Assembly (NCBI GenBank): GCA_902385255.1
Contig: CABMEV010000004.1
Location: forward strand, 34,590-98,589
Direction: 5' to 3'
DNA: 64,000 bases
From: Candidatus Tiddalikarchaeum anstoanum
GTDB taxonomy: Archaea > Nanobdellota > Nanobdellia > Tiddalikarchaeales > Tiddalikarchaeaceae
The notes under the pieces are model-generated. The model ran no database searches and was not told the DNA's origin. It worked only from the letters and a program-made list of their open reading frames with translations. Made by a program: the position numbers and the translations under genes. Below, piece by piece: positions 9,526 through 19,107 of this stretch (positions are counted from its first letter, which is position 1; the number at the start of each line of letters is the position of its first letter).

Positions 9526-10679
9526 GCGAGTTCGAGTCCATAGTAGGAAAGGAGAACTTGAATTATTTCCCTAATACGAAACTTGTTTACTCATCTGACG
9601 CTTCAATGTATAAGGGTAATCCTTTAGTTGTATTATGGCCTGAAACTATAGAGCAGATTCAGAAAATAGTTATGATTGCAAAGAAGAACTTCTTAGATAT
9701 TACAACAAGAGGAGGAGGAACCGGACTTGTCGGCGGCGCTGTTCCAAAACGCTCAATAGTGCTGAACATGTCGAAAATGAATAAAATCTTAGACTTTGAT
9801 AATGACAGCATCCTCGTCGAGGCAGGTATTGTGCTTGATGACTTAAACATGATATTATCGCAGAAAGGATTGTATTTTCCAATAATCCCTTCAAGCCATG
9901 AGGTCTGCACCATAGGAGGTATGATTTCATGCAACGCTTCAGGAAAAAGAGCAGTCAAGTACGGAAGCACCAAGAATTATATAAATTATTTAGAAGTGGT
10001 TGACGGAAGCGGAGCTGTAAGGAAAGTAAACGATGTGGAAAAGTTCTGCGGAACAGAGGGCACGGTCGGAATAATAGTGAATGCGGAATTAAAACTGGAG
10101 ATGCTTCCGAAAAAAATCTCAATGGATGTTTTCAAATTTGACAGGGCAACTGACATGTCAATCTACACTCCGGAATTGAAGGAGAAGCCTCAATTATTAA
10201 GTTTGGAATTGTTAGACCCAAAGACCAGCAGCATGTTAAACCTGGAAGAGAGATATCACTTGATAGCCGAGTATGAGAACTCGCTTGGCGAGATAAGAGA
10301 GCCTGAAGAGATTGAAAAATGGGACTCGTTAAGGGATAGTGCTTATTCGAAAATTGCAGGGTTAGGGTACTCGTTGATTGAAGACCCGGAGATATTGGAT
10401 GATGAGAAGCTTGCAGTTTTCATGAAATACTTGGAAGGATTGAATGTGCCTTTCTTCGGCCATGTTGGTATTGGGATACTGCACCCTTGCTTTAAGCAGG
10501 GAACAGACCTTGCTGATTTTTTCAAAACAGTCGAGTCATTGGGCGGCAGCGTGACTGGTGAGCACGGGATTGGATTAGCCAAGAAGAAGTATACTCCAAA
10601 AATCATGAGGGATAAATTACTGCTTTACAAGAAAAGTTTTGACCCTTCAAACATATTGAACAGAGGCAAGATAATATGA
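9516..10679 (+). CDS. FAD-binding oxidase (GlcD / D-lactate dehydrogenase family)
   Basis: A PCMH-type FAD-binding motif (TRGGGTGLVGGAVP) is present, plus a C-terminal VTGEHGIG motif. The gene is coupled to its flanking genes by overlaps. Confidence 0.8.
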   Translation: MHLSEFESIVGKENLNYFPNTKLVYSSDASMYKGNPLVVLWPETIEQIQKIVMIAKKNFLDITTRGGGTGLVGGAVPKRSIVLNMSKMNKILDFDNDSILVEAGIVLDDLNMILSQKGLYFPIIPSSHEVCTIGGMISCNASGKRAVKYGSTKNYINYLEVVDGSGAVRKVNDVEKFCGTEGTVGIIVNAELKLEMLPKKISMDVFKFDRATDMSIYTPELKEKPQLLSLELLDPKTSSMLNLEERYHLIAEYENSLGEIREPEEIEKWDSLRDSAYSKIAGLGYSLIEDPEILDDEKLAVFMKYLEGLNVPFFGHVGIGILHPCFKQGTDLADFFKTVESLGGSVTGEHGIGLAKKKYTPKIMRDKLLLYKKSFDPSNILNRGKII

Positions 10680-11020
10680 CTGACGTTAAGAAGAAGCCAT
10701 TATCAGGATGCATTAACTGCGGCATGTGCAATGCAGATTGTCCAACTCTTAAAGCCACGAATAATGAATTGTTCGGTCCGAGAGGGCGTGCTAACATGGT
10801 TAATAATAATTCTTCTGATGAATCTTTCTACATCTGCACTTTATGCAGGGCATGCGAGGCAAAATGCCCGCTAAACTTGGAGCTTGATTTTAGGAAAGAG
10901 AGGGGTAAATTGCAGAGAACGAAAGCGAATGAGGAAATGATAAAGAATATAAGAAAATACGGGAACCCAATAGGCGAATTGAAAGATGGTAAAGTCCCTG
11001 ATGAATTATACTGCTGCTAA
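10676..11020 (+). CDS. 4Fe-4S dicluster ferredoxin-domain protein (split-off GlcF N-terminal-like)
   Basis: Two cluster motifs are present: CINCGMCNADCP and CTLCRACEAKCP. Confidence 0.7.
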   Translation: MTDVKKKPLSGCINCGMCNADCPTLKATNNELFGPRGRANMVNNNSSDESFYICTLCRACEAKCPLNLELDFRKERGKLQRTKANEEMIKNIRKYGNPIGELKDGKVPDELYCC

Positions 11021-11025
11021 GAATT

Positions 11026-11358
11026 TTACTTTTTGACTAGTTCTAATCTGATTAAGTATTCACCTATTTCTATGTCTGATTTGGTTGCGGAGTCTGTATG
11101 CATATATTTATTGCTGATTTTTATTGACATATCAGGTGATACGTTGACGCATTTTAAGTCGGCAAACGCGTCGTTGCATATTTTTACGCAGAAATTATAA
11201 GGAAGGTTAGACAAGCATATTGAATCTTTTATTTCTTTTATTTCTTCGTTGCCTATGAAAACTCCTTTCTCTAATGAGTTAGGGTTAAAATTATGATTGC
11301 TGACTGCTGAACCGTCTTTTTTTGTGATGTTAACATTTAGTATGTATTCAATATTCAT
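11026..11358 (-). CDS. hypothetical protein
   Basis: A 110-aa ORF with no recognisable motif. Confidence 0.4.
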   Translation of the reverse strand: MNIEYILNVNITKKDGSAVSNHNFNPNSLEKGVFIGNEEIKEIKDSICLSNLPYNFCVKICNDAFADLKCVNVSPDMSIKISNKYMHTDSATKSDIEIGEYLIRLELVKK

Positions 11359-11477
11359 CTTATTTTAATATTTATTTACTTTATTATTAAATCTTTGTAA
11401 TAATTCTTTTGTGACAATTTAAAAAAAAATACTAGTTCCATAACTTTTTAATATATCTATATATTTGGTAATAATAT

Positions 11478-11762
11478 ATGGCAAAAACATTGTCTAAACT
11501 TGTTTTGAAGGATTTCTACGCTGACTGGTGCGGTCCTTGCAGGATGCAGACTCCTATAATTCAAGAATTGGAGAAGGAATTTAAGGGTAAAGTATCTTTT
11601 GAGAAGATAAATGTTGATAACAACCAGGCTCTGGCTGGAAAATATGGTGTTTCTGGAATACCAACGATAATAATAGAGAAAGACGGGAAAATCGTGAAAC
11701 GATTTTCTGAATTAACAGAGAAAGAAGTTTTAAAGAAAGCGTTGATGGAGAGTATGAAATGA
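11478..11762 (+). CDS. trxA: thioredoxin
   Basis: It carries the WCGPC active site and has the typical thioredoxin length. Confidence 0.85.
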   Translation: MAKTLSKLVLKDFYADWCGPCRMQTPIIQELEKEFKGKVSFEKINVDNNQALAGKYGVSGIPTIIIEKDGKIVKRFSELTEKEVLKKALMESMK

Positions 11763-12025
11763 TTCGAAGATTAAAAGCGGAATTGTTGGAAAATAAGCGC
11801 GCTTTTTATGCAACTCTCGTTTGCTTGTGCACTGTAATTATTAATTTATGGTATTATTTTGCATACCAGAAAAGTCCTTTGACACTAGTATCATTATTAC
11901 CTATCGTGTTTTGGATAGCGTATGACGGCAACGAGCACGAGCAGGCGACAACCAAAGGCTACTGGGTATGGGTTGTCTTATTATTAGTTACAACAATAAT
12001 AGCACTGGAATTCCCACTGCTCTAA
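11759..12025 (+). CDS. small membrane protein
   Basis: Two predicted TM helices. The gene overlaps trxA by 4 nt. Confidence 0.4.
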   Translation: MIRRLKAELLENKRAFYATLVCLCTVIINLWYYFAYQKSPLTLVSLLPIVFWIAYDGNEHEQATTKGYWVWVVLLLVTTIIALEFPLL

Positions 12026-12043
12026 AATTTTTAATAATTTTTT

Positions 12044-12820
12044 TTATAGAAATTTTTCCGCATTCTCTTCAAATATCTTATTCATTTTGCCTTGGGGTAT
12101 TATTTTTCTAACAGCTTCAAGATAATTGTTATACTCTTTTTCCGGTTTTGAATTATTAAAATCGGTTTCGAAACAAACTAACTTCTCTAATCCTTTTTCC
12201 ATGGCTGTTTTAACATATCCGACTTCGTTTGTGAAACATTTATATGATGAAGTTCCGAGGAATAAGTTGCCCTCCATTTTTTGAACTCTAAAATTATCAA
12301 TTTGATTATTCATTAATGGTTTATTTATAGCTTCGGCGCCGTGCGCTAAGTAAAATTTAATTCCTTGTTTAACGTAAGGTTCTAATATGTTTATTTCTTT
12401 ATCAGTTAAAATGTAAGTGTGAAATTGAAATTTATCATAACCTTTTTTTATAAAAAAATCAAGAAAATCATTAAATCTTTGATTATTTTTATCGCTTAAT
12501 ATGTCTCCGTGTAATTTAATAAAATCAAGTTTAGGCTCATTATTATAATCATCCTCTTTGTATGTGTCGCTTTCAATGAAGAATTGGATTCCTGTCGTTA
12601 ATGCAATTTCGTCTTTATACTCATCTTTTAGTTCATCACCTAATTTTTGATAATTGATTCCATGCCACTTATTTACTAAATAGGGCCAGTATATGGCATT
12701 TATTTGAGTGGTATTATATTTCTTTAATTCAGGGATTAATGCTTTGAAATTCTTCTTAATATTATTAATAGTCAATTTGCAGTTTGGATCCTGCATGTGA
12801 AAATGCGCATCAATAGTCAT
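12044..12820 (-). CDS. metal-dependent TIM-barrel hydrolase (amidohydrolase/TatD-like), paralogue of 57907..58671
   Basis: An N-terminal DAHFH metal motif is present. The C-terminal half is clearly paralogous to the 57907 ORF (FYLAHGA...LCFETD...EENAKKFL). Confidence 0.55.
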   Translation of the reverse strand: MTIDAHFHMQDPNCKLTINNIKKNFKALIPELKKYNTTQINAIYWPYLVNKWHGINYQKLGDELKDEYKDEIALTTGIQFFIESDTYKEDDYNNEPKLDFIKLHGDILSDKNNQRFNDFLDFFIKKGYDKFQFHTYILTDKEINILEPYVKQGIKFYLAHGAEAINKPLMNNQIDNFRVQKMEGNLFLGTSSYKCFTNEVGYVKTAMEKGLEKLVCFETDFNNSKPEKEYNNYLEAVRKIIPQGKMNKIFEENAEKFL

Positions 12821-12921
12821 ATTTAAAGTCTAGAAAAAAATCTGCTTAAAAGGATTTTTACTGGAATTAGCGGAAGTTTTATCATTATCTTCTTTAAAAA
12901 TCAAGTCATTTTTTCTATTTT

Positions 12922-13203
12922 ATGATAGCTCAATTAATTCCAGGCATGAAAGACCTGAAAATCAACGGCAAAATAGATTCTAAGTCCGAGAAGCGCAGCG
13001 TGAATACGCGTTATGGCAAAACATTCGTATGCGATGTACTGTTAAAGGACGAGTCCGGCAAAGTGGAGTTAACACTTTGGGGCGACCAGGCAGGACTTGT
13101 AAAAGAAGGGGATAATGTCGAGATACACGGCGCTTACACCACTGAATGGCAGGGGATAACAAAACTTAACATTCCAAAAAGCGGAGAAATAAAAAAAGTA
13201 TAA
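12922..13203 (+). CDS. OB-fold nucleic-acid-binding protein (small RPA/SSB-like)
   Basis: A 93-aa ORF with an OB-fold-like pattern (VELTLWGDQAG...GDNVEIHGAYTTEWQG). Confidence 0.45.
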   Translation: MIAQLIPGMKDLKINGKIDSKSEKRSVNTRYGKTFVCDVLLKDESGKVELTLWGDQAGLVKEGDNVEIHGAYTTEWQGITKLNIPKSGEIKKV

Positions 13204-13204
13204 T

Positions 13205-13942
13205 TCAGATTAATTCAGCATTTTCTTGTTCAATGCCTTTCTTCATTAACTTGTTTACTTCTTTTAATTTCTTATTATTTAATTCATTTGGTGCATTTTT
13301 GAATATTATTTTTAAGATTTCATATCCTTCCTTGTCATTTTGGACGTTAATTACCAAGTTTTTCTTGCTGTTTTTTAAAAATATTACTACATCCCTTGAG
13401 GTGCCAAAGGGTATTATTCCATAAAGTTTGGTGTGCATCCTGATTATTTTTGCTGTAATAATCTCGGAAAAAGTCGTCCAGCTGTAGCGGAAAAAAGAAG
13501 GTGCAATTATGAAATGTTTGGTAATCCTGCAGTGGCTGAACTTGGTTCCTTTTTCATTGTTCAATTCTGTCTCGAACAGGTTTAAAAGATTTCCAGGGTT
13601 TTTGAATCTGAAAAATTTTGCAAAATCAGGATGTTTTTGGATATTATCTTTGGTGCTTATGTAAAAGTGAAGGTATTTTATCCCTTTCCATATGAATACG
13701 AGAGCCATAATTGGTATTATAATAATTTCTATAATGTTCATTTCTGTTATTCCTATGAATATCAGGTATGTGATGGCGAGCGCGATTAGAAAAAATAATA
13801 CTGCTGCAAATAGATTACGCATATCTCTTTTTTTAATTTCCAGGTAAATTGCAGTGTTTTTGACCAAAATAGTTTTATCTGCCACAATATTTATTACTAT
13901 ATTACTTTCAATATATATGTTTCTATTTCCAAATGAAATCAA
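13205..13942 (-). CDS. membrane protein, unknown function
   Basis: Two or three central TM helices. No catalytic motif. Confidence 0.4.
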   Translation of the reverse strand: MISFGNRNIYIESNIVINIVADKTILVKNTAIYLEIKKRDMRNLFAAVLFFLIALAITYLIFIGITEMNIIEIIIIPIMALVFIWKGIKYLHFYISTKDNIQKHPDFAKFFRFKNPGNLLNLFETELNNEKGTKFSHCRITKHFIIAPSFFRYSWTTFSEIITAKIIRMHTKLYGIIPFGTSRDVVIFLKNSKKNLVINVQNDKEGYEILKIIFKNAPNELNNKKLKEVNKLMKKGIEQENAELI

Positions 13943-13993
13943 TTAAAAAATTATAAAAAAAAATTAAAAAAGAAAAATTTCTAAAAAAATAAT

Positions 13994-14338
13994 TTATTTT
14001 TTCTTTTTATCTTCTTTTTTCTCTACTTTCTCTTCTTTCTTTTCAGCTGGTGCTGATTCTTTCTTTGGTAATTCTTTGTATTTCTTTATTAACTTGTTCA
14101 AAGAGTCAACGAGGAAAGTGTGTATGTCTTCGTTTGCTGAGAAACCAAGGCTGTTCTTGTACTTCCTCATATTGTTCTGCGTTATGAATCCTTTTGATAT
14201 TGAGAAGAATGTATTTCCTCCAACACCTTCAGTCTCCTTTAACGCTACTTCGATAAAGTTTCTAGTTCCATACGTTTTTTCAAATTTCTCAATTGTCTTA
14301 AAAACGGGTCTTTCATTCTTAATTTCTTGTTCTACCAT
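13994..14338 (-). CDS. hypothetical small protein with a K/E-rich C-terminal tail
   Basis: It ends in EKKEEKVEKKEDKKKK. The tail resembles that of the 35657 ORF. Confidence 0.45.
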   Translation of the reverse strand: MVEQEIKNERPVFKTIEKFEKTYGTRNFIEVALKETEGVGGNTFFSISKGFITQNNMRKYKNSLGFSANEDIHTFLVDSLNKLIKKYKELPKKESAPAEKKEEKVEKKEDKKKK

Positions 14339-14402
14339 ATCTTATTTACACCTCAATTATTTCTTATTAAAAGAAGGAATCTACTCATTATTAAAAATTT
14401 TT

Positions 14403-15764
14403 TCATGTATAAGAGGTTTTAACTTCTTTGTCGCAGTTAGTCTTTTTCTTCTCATTTATGGCAAAAAAGATATCATTTTCGCTTATTAGGACATCTTTTT
14501 GCCCAACTTGAGCATTTACGAAGTTAATATTACTACCCTTATCTAATGAGCACCCTGTTGAGTTCGTTTTCAGATACTCCTTAAATACTTTTTTGCCTGC
14601 ATTTTTGACTACATATTCGATGTCAGCACCGCTGTAATCTTTGGTAATGCTTGATAAGTGTTTTGTATCTATTACACTATGTTTTTTGTTTTTAAGACAA
14701 ATATTGAATATTTCCTCGCGGGCTTTCTCATCAGGAAGTTCGATTTCTATAAGCGTGTCGAGCCTTCCCGGTCTCTTTATGGCTTCATCTACATAGTTAA
14801 TCATATTGGTTGTTCCAAAAATTAAGACATTAGATAATGCTTGGACACCATCAAGTCTTGCCAAGAAAGTACTGACAAGTTTATGGGTGGCTTCATGAAT
14901 ATCCATCCTTCTTGAAGGAAGAAAAGAATCTATTTCATCAAAAACCATAACTACATATTTATCCTTAATACTACTAACTTTATCGAATAATGCATTTACA
15001 TTTCTTTCTTCGTCGCCGTAATATTTCCCTGTTAAATCCGAAAGTTTAACTAGTTGAAACTCTGCCTTTATTTCATTAGCGAATGCTTTGGCAAGCAGGG
15101 TCTTTCCGCAGCCAGGGGGACCATATAAGATGATACCTTTGGTTAATTCTCCTGCAAGTTGTTTATACAGCTCTTTATTGTTAAGAGCTCCAGCTATAAG
15201 TTTTAATTCATCTTTTGCTTTATAGCAGCCCCCTACATCTTCAAAAGTTAATTTATTGTTTGATTCAAAATTTAAGTTAAGAGTTTCATTCTTATTGCAA
15301 AATCTTTCTTTTAAAGTATTGAAAACGTTGAGCGTTGGTTTTACTCTTACATCTTTATGCTTATTAATACTGTTTAAGTTCAATATATCTTCTATGTTCT
15401 TGAAAAAGACAGGTAACGTGTCACTTACGTTTTCGTTAGGTAAAAAATACATATTTGAATATAATAATAATGAATTATTGTTGCTGTCAGTCCACACTTT
15501 TCCATCAGTTATACAATATTCCTTTTTTTCTACTTTATTATAAGATTTACTTCTGATATCAAAATTTGCAAAGTAATAATATACACTGCCTTCTTCTTCA
15601 GTTCTACTTAATCCTGAATCTCGGATTTTGCATAAATTATTAAATTTTACATTTATATTAGTGAAGAAGCTGAAATTTTCACCATCATTGGGCATCTTTA
15701 ACGATTTTTCAATTTTTTTTAAGTCAGATTTCGGCAGTTGACCAACTTTTACGGGCATAGTCAA
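14403..15764 (-). CDS. AAA+ ATPase (classical AAA / CDC48-Vps4-like single module) with an unknown 190-aa N-domain
   Basis: Walker A (GPPGCGKTLLAKA), Walker B (VVMVFDEIDSF) and a second region of homology with arginine fingers (GTTNMINYVDEAIKRPGRLD) are present. Confidence 0.8.
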   Translation of the reverse strand: MTMPVKVGQLPKSDLKKIEKSLKMPNDGENFSFFTNINVKFNNLCKIRDSGLSRTEEEGSVYYYFANFDIRSKSYNKVEKKEYCITDGKVWTDSNNNSLLLYSNMYFLPNENVSDTLPVFFKNIEDILNLNSINKHKDVRVKPTLNVFNTLKERFCNKNETLNLNFESNNKLTFEDVGGCYKAKDELKLIAGALNNKELYKQLAGELTKGIILYGPPGCGKTLLAKAFANEIKAEFQLVKLSDLTGKYYGDEERNVNALFDKVSSIKDKYVVMVFDEIDSFLPSRRMDIHEATHKLVSTFLARLDGVQALSNVLIFGTTNMINYVDEAIKRPGRLDTLIEIELPDEKAREEIFNICLKNKKHSVIDTKHLSSITKDYSGADIEYVVKNAGKKVFKEYLKTNSTGCSLDKGSNINFVNAQVGQKDVLISENDIFFAINEKKKTNCDKEVKTSYT

Positions 15765-15840
15765 CTTTGATTCAAAGTTCTCTCTTTATATATTTATTGA
15801 GCTGTTAAAACTTTTTAAACGCTCTTTTTATTTCTGAGAT

Positions 15841-16260
15841 TTGATGAAATTACATGAATCATGTTTTTTGATTTTTTTATTAATTGCCGGGTGTACTGTT
15901 ATAGAGGTTGAATCTTCCGTTATTGCAGGATTAGGGACGGATTTCCAGTTGGGTATTGGGCAAATGGGTATTATAGAATCCGAGAACTTAAGTGTAATAT
16001 TCTTAAATGTCTCTGAGGATTCGCGCTGCCCTATAAGTGTTGAATGCATACAGGCAGGGAGGGTAATGGCTGATTTTAGCATTATTACAAACAGTTCAGT
16101 GATGAATTTCACTCTTATATTAAATTCTAACGGATCAGATTCTGTTGAAACAATCGGCAATTACTCAATCAAACTTGTAGAAGTTGTTCCAACAAGATTA
16201 CCTGACCATTATATAAGGCCTGAGGATTACTTGGCAACACTCTTAATTACTAAGGAATAA
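15841..16260 (+). CDS. small secreted protein or lipoprotein
   Basis: An N-terminal signal peptide carries a lipobox-like LIAGC. Confidence 0.4.
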   Translation: MMKLHESCFLIFLLIAGCTVIEVESSVIAGLGTDFQLGIGQMGIIESENLSVIFLNVSEDSRCPISVECIQAGRVMADFSIITNSSVMNFTLILNSNGSDSVETIGNYSIKLVEVVPTRLPDHYIRPEDYLATLLITKE

Positions 16261-16326
16261 AACGTTTTGCTTTATTATGAACAAGGATAAGATTAATAAA
16301 ATTAAAAGACTCTAAATCTCTTACTC

Positions 16327-17070
16327 ATGTTTGTTAAATCAAAAGATGGTGTCAGGATTTATTATGAACTAATTAGGAATGATAAGAAGTCTTTTTTGGT
16401 ATTTCTCCACGGCTTAGCTTCAAGTTCTAAATCATTCAAAAACCAGATTGACTATCTTAAAAAATATTATTCAATCATTGCGATAGATTTCAGGGGACAT
16501 GGGCAGTCAGACAAGCCTAAGGGTTCGGAGTATTACACAATTCAACATTCAATAAATGATATTAAGTCAGTTCTGTCCAAGGAAAATGTGAAGTCGTACA
16601 GTGTTATTGGCTTTAGCTTAGGCGGAGGAGTGGCGTTAAGGCTTGCGCAAAAAGATAATCGTGTTAATCATATTATTGTGATTAATCCTGCTTTTGGCAG
16701 GGAGTCCGTGAGGCCTTCTTTCCTGCTAAAATTATTTGCTGCAAAGTTTGTGCCCAGGTTTTTGATTAAATTATTTACAACATCTGAGGACGAGTCTAAA
16801 TTTTACGGACTTCTTGATGTTTATGGGAAGCACTTACTGCACACGCCAAGATACGTTTATGAGACTATAATCAAGACTGATGAGAGTGCTGATAGCATAA
16901 AATTGAAAAAGAAATTTACAATTATAAAATCTGATAATGACGAGATATTGAACTACTACGTGCCTAAGAATTTGAATTATGACTTAATGACTATTTCAGG
17001 CCACCATTACGTGCTTCCTGAGAACCCTAAAGAGCTGAATTCAGCGATATTATATGCTTTAGGAAAATGA
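16327..17070 (+). CDS. alpha/beta-fold hydrolase
   Basis: HGLASS precedes the nucleophile elbow GFSLGG. The size fits an alpha/beta hydrolase. Confidence 0.75.
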   Translation: MFVKSKDGVRIYYELIRNDKKSFLVFLHGLASSSKSFKNQIDYLKKYYSIIAIDFRGHGQSDKPKGSEYYTIQHSINDIKSVLSKENVKSYSVIGFSLGGGVALRLAQKDNRVNHIIVINPAFGRESVRPSFLLKLFAAKFVPRFLIKLFTTSEDESKFYGLLDVYGKHLLHTPRYVYETIIKTDESADSIKLKKKFTIIKSDNDEILNYYVPKNLNYDLMTISGHHYVLPENPKELNSAILYALGK

Positions 17071-17120
17071 ATTTTTTTTAGAAAGGTTAATAAGCCTAAT
17101 TAGTTAGAACTAGTTTATTT

Positions 17121-17447
17121 ATGAAATATATTAGCGGCAATAAAGAATTTCCAGGGATGCATATTATTCCTCAAAGTTTGATGGAACAACTGTTCCTTAA
17201 ACAAGAACTGGATTATTATTTTAAAGGCATAAAGGCCACTTATTTGAATTTGTTAATGAGGATTAATAATATATACAAGTTTGATATGGGTGTAGTTCCG
17301 GAATTATGTATTATAGAAAAAGGGAGTCTGAACTCCATTCCTTATATTACAATTGATGACACTTTAGTTAATGAGGATAATGTTAAAACTATTGCTGAAG
17401 AGATTGGAATGCACGTATCTGTTCTTAATGAAAAAGATATGAAATAG
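17121..17447 (+). CDS. hypothetical protein
   Basis: An ORF with no recognisable motif. Confidence 0.35.
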   Translation: MKYISGNKEFPGMHIIPQSLMEQLFLKQELDYYFKGIKATYLNLLMRINNIYKFDMGVVPELCIIEKGSLNSIPYITIDDTLVNEDNVKTIAEEIGMHVSVLNEKDMK

Positions 17448-17484
17448 AAACATTTATTAAAATAATTTTTTTGAAGAATGACTT

Positions 17485-17973
17485 ATGGATTTTGTTGACG
17501 AGCCTTGTCTTAATAAGGTGCTTAAGGTTGAGCAGAGAGGTTTTGGCTACTTAACTCCGGATTCTAAGAAGGATTATTTGGAAACAGTAGGATTATTCGT
17601 ATGCCTTGGTGTTTATTGCGAGAAGAGAGGGGAATTTCAGGTCTTATGCCATTTTGATACTGACCCTGTAAAACAGTTTAATATAATGATGAAATACTTA
17701 TACAAGAATGATTTTTCGAACACTGATTTTGACAGAGTCGAAATAATAGGAGGACGGAACGCTTTCGTTCCGAACATTGAGAAATTGAGTTTTTCAATGG
17801 AAACCAGGGGATACTATGCTGAGGTTAAAGTATTTGATTTAAGGTCAGTAAGTATATTATATGATAAAATGGGCGGATATAAATTTTTGAATCCGAAAAG
17901 GGAAATAATTAACTCATCTATTCTTTTGATGAAAGGTATTAAGTGTGAGAATACAGGATTTGAAATATTCTAA
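17485..17973 (+). CDS. hypothetical protein
   Basis: An ORF with no recognisable motif. Its 3' end overlaps the dys gene convergently by 4 nt. Confidence 0.4.
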   Translation: MDFVDEPCLNKVLKVEQRGFGYLTPDSKKDYLETVGLFVCLGVYCEKRGEFQVLCHFDTDPVKQFNIMMKYLYKNDFSNTDFDRVEIIGGRNAFVPNIEKLSFSMETRGYYAEVKVFDLRSVSILYDKMGGYKFLNPKREIINSSILLMKGIKCENTGFEIF

Positions 17974-18962
17974 TTATTTTTTTTTGCAAAACTTTCAGCC
18001 ACTAAGATTGGGAATAGTATTGTGGCATCCCCGAATACTTTCACGCTTTCTCCTTTAGGTGTTATCTTACCCCAGGATACTGCCTCCTCTGGGAGCGCTC
18101 CCGCATCGCTTCCGTCGAATTCTTGTGCAGTGTTGATGTAGACTGCGTAATCTGCCCCGTTTCTCATCATGTTAGTGTTTAAGATGTGGTGTTTTATTAT
18201 TCCCGAACCTAGTATTAATACTCCTGATTTTTTCACACTCATTGTTTCCTCATTTATGTTTTTGATGTCTTCGGAAATGTCTACCTTGAAGTCCGGATTT
18301 TTAAATTTGAAAAAGTATATGTTATCTCCTATTGCTCCGTCGGTCAGTGCAGGGCAGTAGATTCTTATCTTGTTCTTGTAAGCCCAGTAGCAGATGCTTT
18401 TTGGATTGTTTATTTTCTCTCCCATCTTCCAGATTATGTCTGATGGCGTGAATACTGTTCCTGATTTTTTCTGTTCTTCGTTTATTTCTTTTAATAATGG
18501 CTGAAAGAAGTCTTCAAATTTCATGTATCTTGAGTTTGGCACGAATATGTTTCCTATCCTGTTTATTCCTTTGCTTCTTAATTCGCTTCCGTTTGCACGA
18601 AAGTCTCCCATTATGAAGTCGCCTAAGCATTTTATTATGTCTTCTTCGATTCCTCCTGCTGTGGAAACTATCAGGTTTACTTTTTTATTCTGGACTAAGT
18701 ACCTGATTATATCCCTAAGTCCTGAGCTTACAAGGTTTGATGTATAGCCTAAGTATATGAATGCTTTATCGTTAATCATCTTGTTCGTTATTGATATTGC
18801 TTTTGCGAAATTAGTAGCTTGGAAGCCTGTTGAGGCAAAACTGCTTATTATCTTTTCATAGTTTACGCCGTTGTCGAAGTTGTATCCCTCAACTTTTACT
18901 CCGCTTACTTCGCTGCTCTCCCTTAAAACGTTCTTCCTTGCAGCGTCAATGCTTTTACTCAT
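17970..18962 (-). CDS. dys: deoxyhypusine synthase
   Basis: It carries the DHS signature STAGGIEEDIIKCLG. The length matches archaeal DHS. Confidence 0.85.
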   Translation of the reverse strand: MSKSIDAARKNVLRESSEVSGVKVEGYNFDNGVNYEKIISSFASTGFQATNFAKAISITNKMINDKAFIYLGYTSNLVSSGLRDIIRYLVQNKKVNLIVSTAGGIEEDIIKCLGDFIMGDFRANGSELRSKGINRIGNIFVPNSRYMKFEDFFQPLLKEINEEQKKSGTVFTPSDIIWKMGEKINNPKSICYWAYKNKIRIYCPALTDGAIGDNIYFFKFKNPDFKVDISEDIKNINEETMSVKKSGVLILGSGIIKHHILNTNMMRNGADYAVYINTAQEFDGSDAGALPEEAVSWGKITPKGESVKVFGDATILFPILVAESFAKKNN

Positions 18963-19107
18963 ATCATTAATAACCTCTTTTTTCGAGTTAATAAAAGTTA
19001 CTTATTTTTAAAACCCGTTTTTTTTTTTAACTTGGTTGCTATCCAAAATTGGGAATAAGATTTAAGAACTTATTTAAAATATCAATTACTTTAACATATC
19101 AATAATT

